A stretch of 32,000 bases of DNA from Prochloron didemni P4-Papua_New_Guinea (GTDB lineage: Bacteria > Cyanobacteriota > Cyanobacteriia > Cyanobacteriales > Prochloraceae). The notes under the pieces were generated by a model. It had not been told where the DNA came from, made no database searches, and saw only the letters and a list, made by a program, of their open reading frames with translations. The first letter of the stretch is position 1. Each line of letters opens with the position of its first letter. Both the position numbers and the translations under genes were made by a program. Positions 28,264 through 32,000 of this stretch are shown here, in pieces. The stretch is from NCBI GenBank assembly GCA_000252485.1, contig JH610995.1, forward strand, positions 7,369 to 39,368, given 5' to 3'.

Positions 28264-28839
28264 ATGAATTCTTACACTATCAAGCTCGAGCCTATTGTCC
28301 AGTTAGACCAAGATAAATTCTATCAACTTTGTCGGCAAAATCCAGATATCAAATTAGAAAGTAACAATCGAGGAGCAATAATCATCATGTCCCCTACAGG
28401 AGGAGAAACAGGTAACCGCAATGCGGAAATTATTGCCGATTTTGGTATTTGGAACCGACAGGCTAAATTAGGTAAAGTATTTGACTCCTCTACTTGTTTC
28501 CGATTCCCCAATGGTGCAAATCGTTCTCCAGATGTTTCTTGGATTCAACAAGCAAGATGGGATAAATTAACTATCGACCAAAAGGAAAAATTTCCGCCCA
28601 TAGTACCAGATTTTGTTCTGGAATTGATGTCTCCCAGCGATAGCTTAAAAGAGATTCGGGAGAAAATGGAAGAATATAGAGACAGTGGAGTGAAACTGGG
28701 TTGGTTAATTAATCCCAAAAAACGAACTGTCGAAATTTATAGACCCGGACAAGAAAAAGAAACTAAAAAAAATCCTGGTAGCTTATCCGGGGAAGATATT
28801 TTACCAGGTTTTGTTCTGGACTTGGCAGTTATTTGGTAA
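28264..28839 (+). CDS. Uma2 family putative endonuclease, tandem copy 1
   Basis: 'SPTGGETGNRN', 'FPNGANRSPDVSWIQQARWDKLT', 'PDFVLELMSPSD'. Start aligned with copy 2; the ORF is open from 28246. Confidence 0.9.
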   Translation: MNSYTIKLEPIVQLDQDKFYQLCRQNPDIKLESNNRGAIIIMSPTGGETGNRNAEIIADFGIWNRQAKLGKVFDSSTCFRFPNGANRSPDVSWIQQARWDKLTIDQKEKFPPIVPDFVLELMSPSDSLKEIREKMEEYRDSGVKLGWLINPKKRTVEIYRPGQEKETKKNPGSLSGEDILPGFVLDLAVIW

Positions 28840-29081
28840 TAATTTTCAAGTTGGTTGTTGGTTGTTGGTTGTTGGTTGTTTGTTGTTTGATTTGTAGGGT
28901 GCGGCACTGCCCACCATTTCCACATTTTTACTTATAAGCTACAGACTGAAGAGACTAAAATTATAATTTATCGTAATCTAACGGTTCTCCGTCTGAGTTA
29001 TTTGACTTGTAGGGTGCGGCACTGCCCACCATTCAAATATCGTTATTAACAAGAAAATACCCAAGAGTATCTTAAAATTTT

Positions 29082-29381
29082 ATGAACAATTCCAGCAAAA
29101 AAGAAATTGCCGTGAGCCTTCTGATTTCCGGTAAAGTACAAGGAGTTGGCTATCGCTTCTCCACCCAACTTCAAGCGCGGCAATTAGGTCTTAGGGGTTG
29201 GGTGCGTAATCTTGCTGACAGTAGAGTAGAAGCAGTGTTTGAAGGGGACAGCCCCCTAGTGGAACAGATGGTTAAATGGTGTCATCTGGGACCATCTGCG
29301 GCAGTGGTGGAGAATGTTCGTGTTGAGGAAATAGAGTCTCAAGCACTGCAAAAATTCGAGATCAGGTCTTCATATCCTTAA
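29082..29381 (+). CDS. acyP: Acylphosphatase, tandem copy 2
   Basis: Near-identical to 27914..28213 with canonical 'GKVQGVGYRF'. Confidence 0.92.
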   Translation: MNNSSKKEIAVSLLISGKVQGVGYRFSTQLQARQLGLRGWVRNLADSRVEAVFEGDSPLVEQMVKWCHLGPSAAVVENVRVEEIESQALQKFEIRSSYP

Positions 29382-29433
29382 AACTGAAGCTTTATGTTAA
29401 TCTGGAGGGAAAAATGGAGGGAAAAAAATCTCA

Positions 29434-30009
29434 ATGAATTCTTATACTATCAAGCTCGAGCCGATTGTCCAGTTAGACCAAGATAAATTCTATCAACTTT
29501 GTCGGCAAAATCCAGATATCAAATTAGAAAGTAATAGTCGAGGAGCAATAATCATCATGTCCCCTACAGGAGGAGAAACAGGTAACCGCAATGCGGATTT
29601 AACAGGACAATTTTGGCTCTGGAACCGGCAGAATCAGCTAGGGAAAGTATTTGATTCTTCTACCTGTTTCCGATTCCCCAATGGTGCAAATCGTTCTCCA
29701 GATGTTTCTTGGATTCAACAAGCAAGATGGGATAAATTAACTATCGACCAAAAGGAAAAATTTCCGCCCATAGTACCAGATTTTGTTCTGGAATTGATGT
29801 CTCCCAGCGATAGCTTAAAAGAGATTCGGGAGAAAATGGAAGAATATAGAGACAGTGGAGTGAAACTGGGTTGGTTAATTAATCCCAAAAAACGAACTGT
29901 GGAAGTTTATAGACCCGGACAAGAAAAAGAAACTAAAAAAAATCCTGGTAGTTTATCCGGTGAAGATATCTTACCAGGTTTTGTGTTGGATTTGCAAGTT
30001 ATTTGGTAA
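29434..30009 (+). CDS. Uma2 family putative endonuclease, tandem copy 2
   Basis: Near-identical to 28264..28839 apart from a local patch. Confidence 0.9.
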   Translation: MNSYTIKLEPIVQLDQDKFYQLCRQNPDIKLESNSRGAIIIMSPTGGETGNRNADLTGQFWLWNRQNQLGKVFDSSTCFRFPNGANRSPDVSWIQQARWDKLTIDQKEKFPPIVPDFVLELMSPSDSLKEIREKMEEYRDSGVKLGWLINPKKRTVEVYRPGQEKETKKNPGSLSGEDILPGFVLDLQVIW

Positions 30010-30635
30010 TGGTTTTAAAGTTGGTTGTTGGTTGTTGGTTGTTTGTTGTTGGTTGTTTGTTGTTGGTTGTTTGTTGTTGGTTGTTTGTTATTTGTTTCTA
30101 GGTTTGTAGGGTGCGGCACTGCCCACCATTCAAACGTCGTTATTAACAAGAAAACTTTCAATTGTCAATTCTCATTATTTATTGTTATACTGAGTAGGGT
30201 GCGGCACTGCCCACCACAGCTTCCCTGAGCTATAGTCAAAAGCAGTATCAATAATCTCCTGACGGACTGTAGTTACAGGATTCTGAAAAAACTAGACTCT
30301 TCTACCCAACTGGTTTTGACCACACCCCTCCAGATAGCTTATCAGCCCCTGACGGGGGCTCATTATCTCCAAGTCCCGTCAGTCTTTAGTTAAGTTTTAT
30401 TACAAAAAACCGAATAATTAGGTTTCAAGCCCAAAATTTAGATATCTTTTTTTTGAAAAAATAGATAACTGATGAGGGAACGATGAAAAATAACAACCAG
30501 CAAATATTTTCCACCAGTGATTTCATCGTAAAACCTATTATAGTTCAATACATGGTATATTAATGAAATTCGAGAATAAAGCTAGTCTTGCAATTGTAAA
30601 ACCAGCAGTGTCATAGTACACAGACCTAGTTGATT

Positions 30636-32000
30636 ATGGAAGATTTTTTTGCAGAAGAAATAGGACTGATTTTTGGCAGCAACCATGCCTTGCTATTAGA
30701 GATTGGTGGGGGCAAATTGGTGTTTGGCGGTGCGGGGGCAGATATTATTGGTGCAGCCGCTCTGGGTACTGGGTCTAGTTATCGGGTTTACGGCGGTACC
30801 GGTGATGACGAGCTAATCGGGAAAGAATGGGACCGCCTTTTTGGGGGAGAAGGAAATGACACCCTGGACGCATCAGCGGGAAGTGGAAACAATCGTCTCT
30901 ATGGGGGCGAAGGTAATGATGGAATTCTAGGCGGCAGTAATGACCGCCTTTTTGGAGGCATGGGTGACGATACTTTAGATTCTACTAATGGCGAGGAAAA
31001 CAGACTTTATGGTGGCGAGGGGGATGACTGGCTCTTGGGGGGCAAGAGGGATTATTTGGTTGGAGGTCTTGGGGATGATACTTTATCAGGAATGGGAAAT
31101 AGCACTCTCCAGGGAGGAGAAGGCCATGACCAATTTTGGATTACCTCAGTCGAACCACCAAACTCCCCCAATTATATTAAAGATTTCCGTTCAGGCGAAG
31201 ATACTATTGGAATTGATGTAGAGCAAGTAGACAGCTTCTCCGACTTAAATCTGGTCCAAAGGCATTACTGGACTCATATTCGCCTAGGAACAGATACCAT
31301 AGCCATAGTTTGGGGCAGCGGACTAGATGAAGATGATATCATCTTTGCCCACCATCAGGATGTAACGGCACCGATTCTCGACGCGGAATTGCTCAACGAC
31401 ACAGGTAAAAGTGCAGAGGACGGCGTTACCTCGGATGGTACGGTGGTTGGGAAAGTGACAGATGATGGGGACATTGTCAGTTTGACTGCCCAGTTCCTAT
31501 GGAATGAAATAGAAATTGAATTGAAAGAAGATGGTAGTTTCAGCTTGAACCACCAAGATTTAGAGCAACTTTATGGCAGTAATTTAGCAGATGGGCGGCG
31601 CAGTTTTACCCTATGGGCAAAAGATGCAGCGGGCAATATTAGTGAACAAACAATTTCCTTCGTTCTCGACACCACACCAGCAGATATTTCCCTAGATTTG
31701 AAGAATGACACAGGAGCAGACAGCACCGATACCGTTACGACAGATCCTGGCATTATAGTAAACTTGACTGATAGTTCACAGATAGTTTCCATAACCTACG
31801 GATTTGGCAGCACCCCAGTAGAAAGTTTTGCGGAGCTAACCGCTTTTGTTCAAGCAGATGGCAGTTTCAGCTTAAACAGGGAACAGCTTGAAGACATTAA
31901 CCAGGCTAGTTTATCAGATGGCGCTCACAGTTTAACCCTATTAGTAGAAGATGCAGCAGGTAATAATACTCAGGAAACTTTTTCCTTTATTCTAGATAAT
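30636..32000 (+). CDS. Large repeat protein, 3' end outside window: N-terminal RTX-type repeats followed by bacterial Ig-like domains
   Basis: Open frame from ATG 30636 with no stop to 32000 (absent from the ORF track because it does not terminate). Reads MEDFFAEEIGLIFGSNHALLLEIGGGKLVFGGAGADIIGAA...RLYGGEGNDGILGG... then 'DGTVVGKVTDDGDIVSLTAQF...DGSFSLNHQDLEQL...SFTLWAKDAAGNISEQTISFVLDTTPADISLDL'. Confidence 0.85.
   Translation, partial: MEDFFAEEIGLIFGSNHALLLEIGGGKLVFGGAGADIIGAAALGTGSSYRVYGGTGDDELIGKEWDRLFGGEGNDTLDASAGSGNNRLYGGEGNDGILGGSNDRLFGGMGDDTLDSTNGEENRLYGGEGDDWLLGGKRDYLVGGLGDDTLSGMGNSTLQGGEGHDQFWITSVEPPNSPNYIKDFRSGEDTIGIDVEQVDSFSDLNLVQRHYWTHIRLGTDTIAIVWGSGLDEDDIIFAHHQDVTAPILDAELLNDTGKSAEDGVTSDGTVVGKVTDDGDIVSLTAQFLWNEIEIELKEDGSFSLNHQDLEQLYGSNLADGRRSFTLWAKDAAGNISEQTISFVLDTTPADISLDLKNDTGADSTDTVTTDPGIIVNLTDSSQIVSITYGFGSTPVESFAELTAFVQADGSFSLNREQLEDINQASLSDGAHSLTLLVEDAAGNNTQETFSFILDN

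Noticed and set aside
30988-31221. 77-aa plus-strand ORF
   Set aside because: Alternate frame inside the RTX gene that starts at 30636, whose frame is clearly the coding one.

Overview
Cyanobacterial chromosomal window (inferred from acpP-fabF-tkt gene order, HIP1-like GCGATCGC sites and families of short dispersed repeats). Housekeeping content: acpP-fabF-tkt on the minus strand, an HdrB-like CCG-domain protein, dtd, four histidine-biosynthesis-type genes (hisN, hisC, hisD, hisB), acylphosphatase, an M48/TPR protease and a GT2 glycosyltransferase. Accessory content: (i) a divergent pair made of a TIR-like/TIR/SLOG protein and a small Thoeris ThsB-like TIR protein, which is the best candidate for an under-described defence or signalling system; (ii) a C5-cytosine methyltransferase coupled by an ATGA overlap to a NotI-family restriction enzyme, sitting between hisC and hisD; (iii) a tandem duplication of an acylphosphatase + Uma2-nuclease-like pair with one sharply localised diverged patch; (iv) two large paralogues with N-terminal RTX-type repeats, one followed by three ~245-aa PPC-like repeat units and one by Ig-like domains that run off the window; (v) remnants of IS200/IS605-TnpB elements with omega-RNA-like 3' hairpins; (vi) several families of MITE-like or short tandem repeats, including a 133-bp element present three times. 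All assignments come from reading the sequence and supplied translations. No database search was run.
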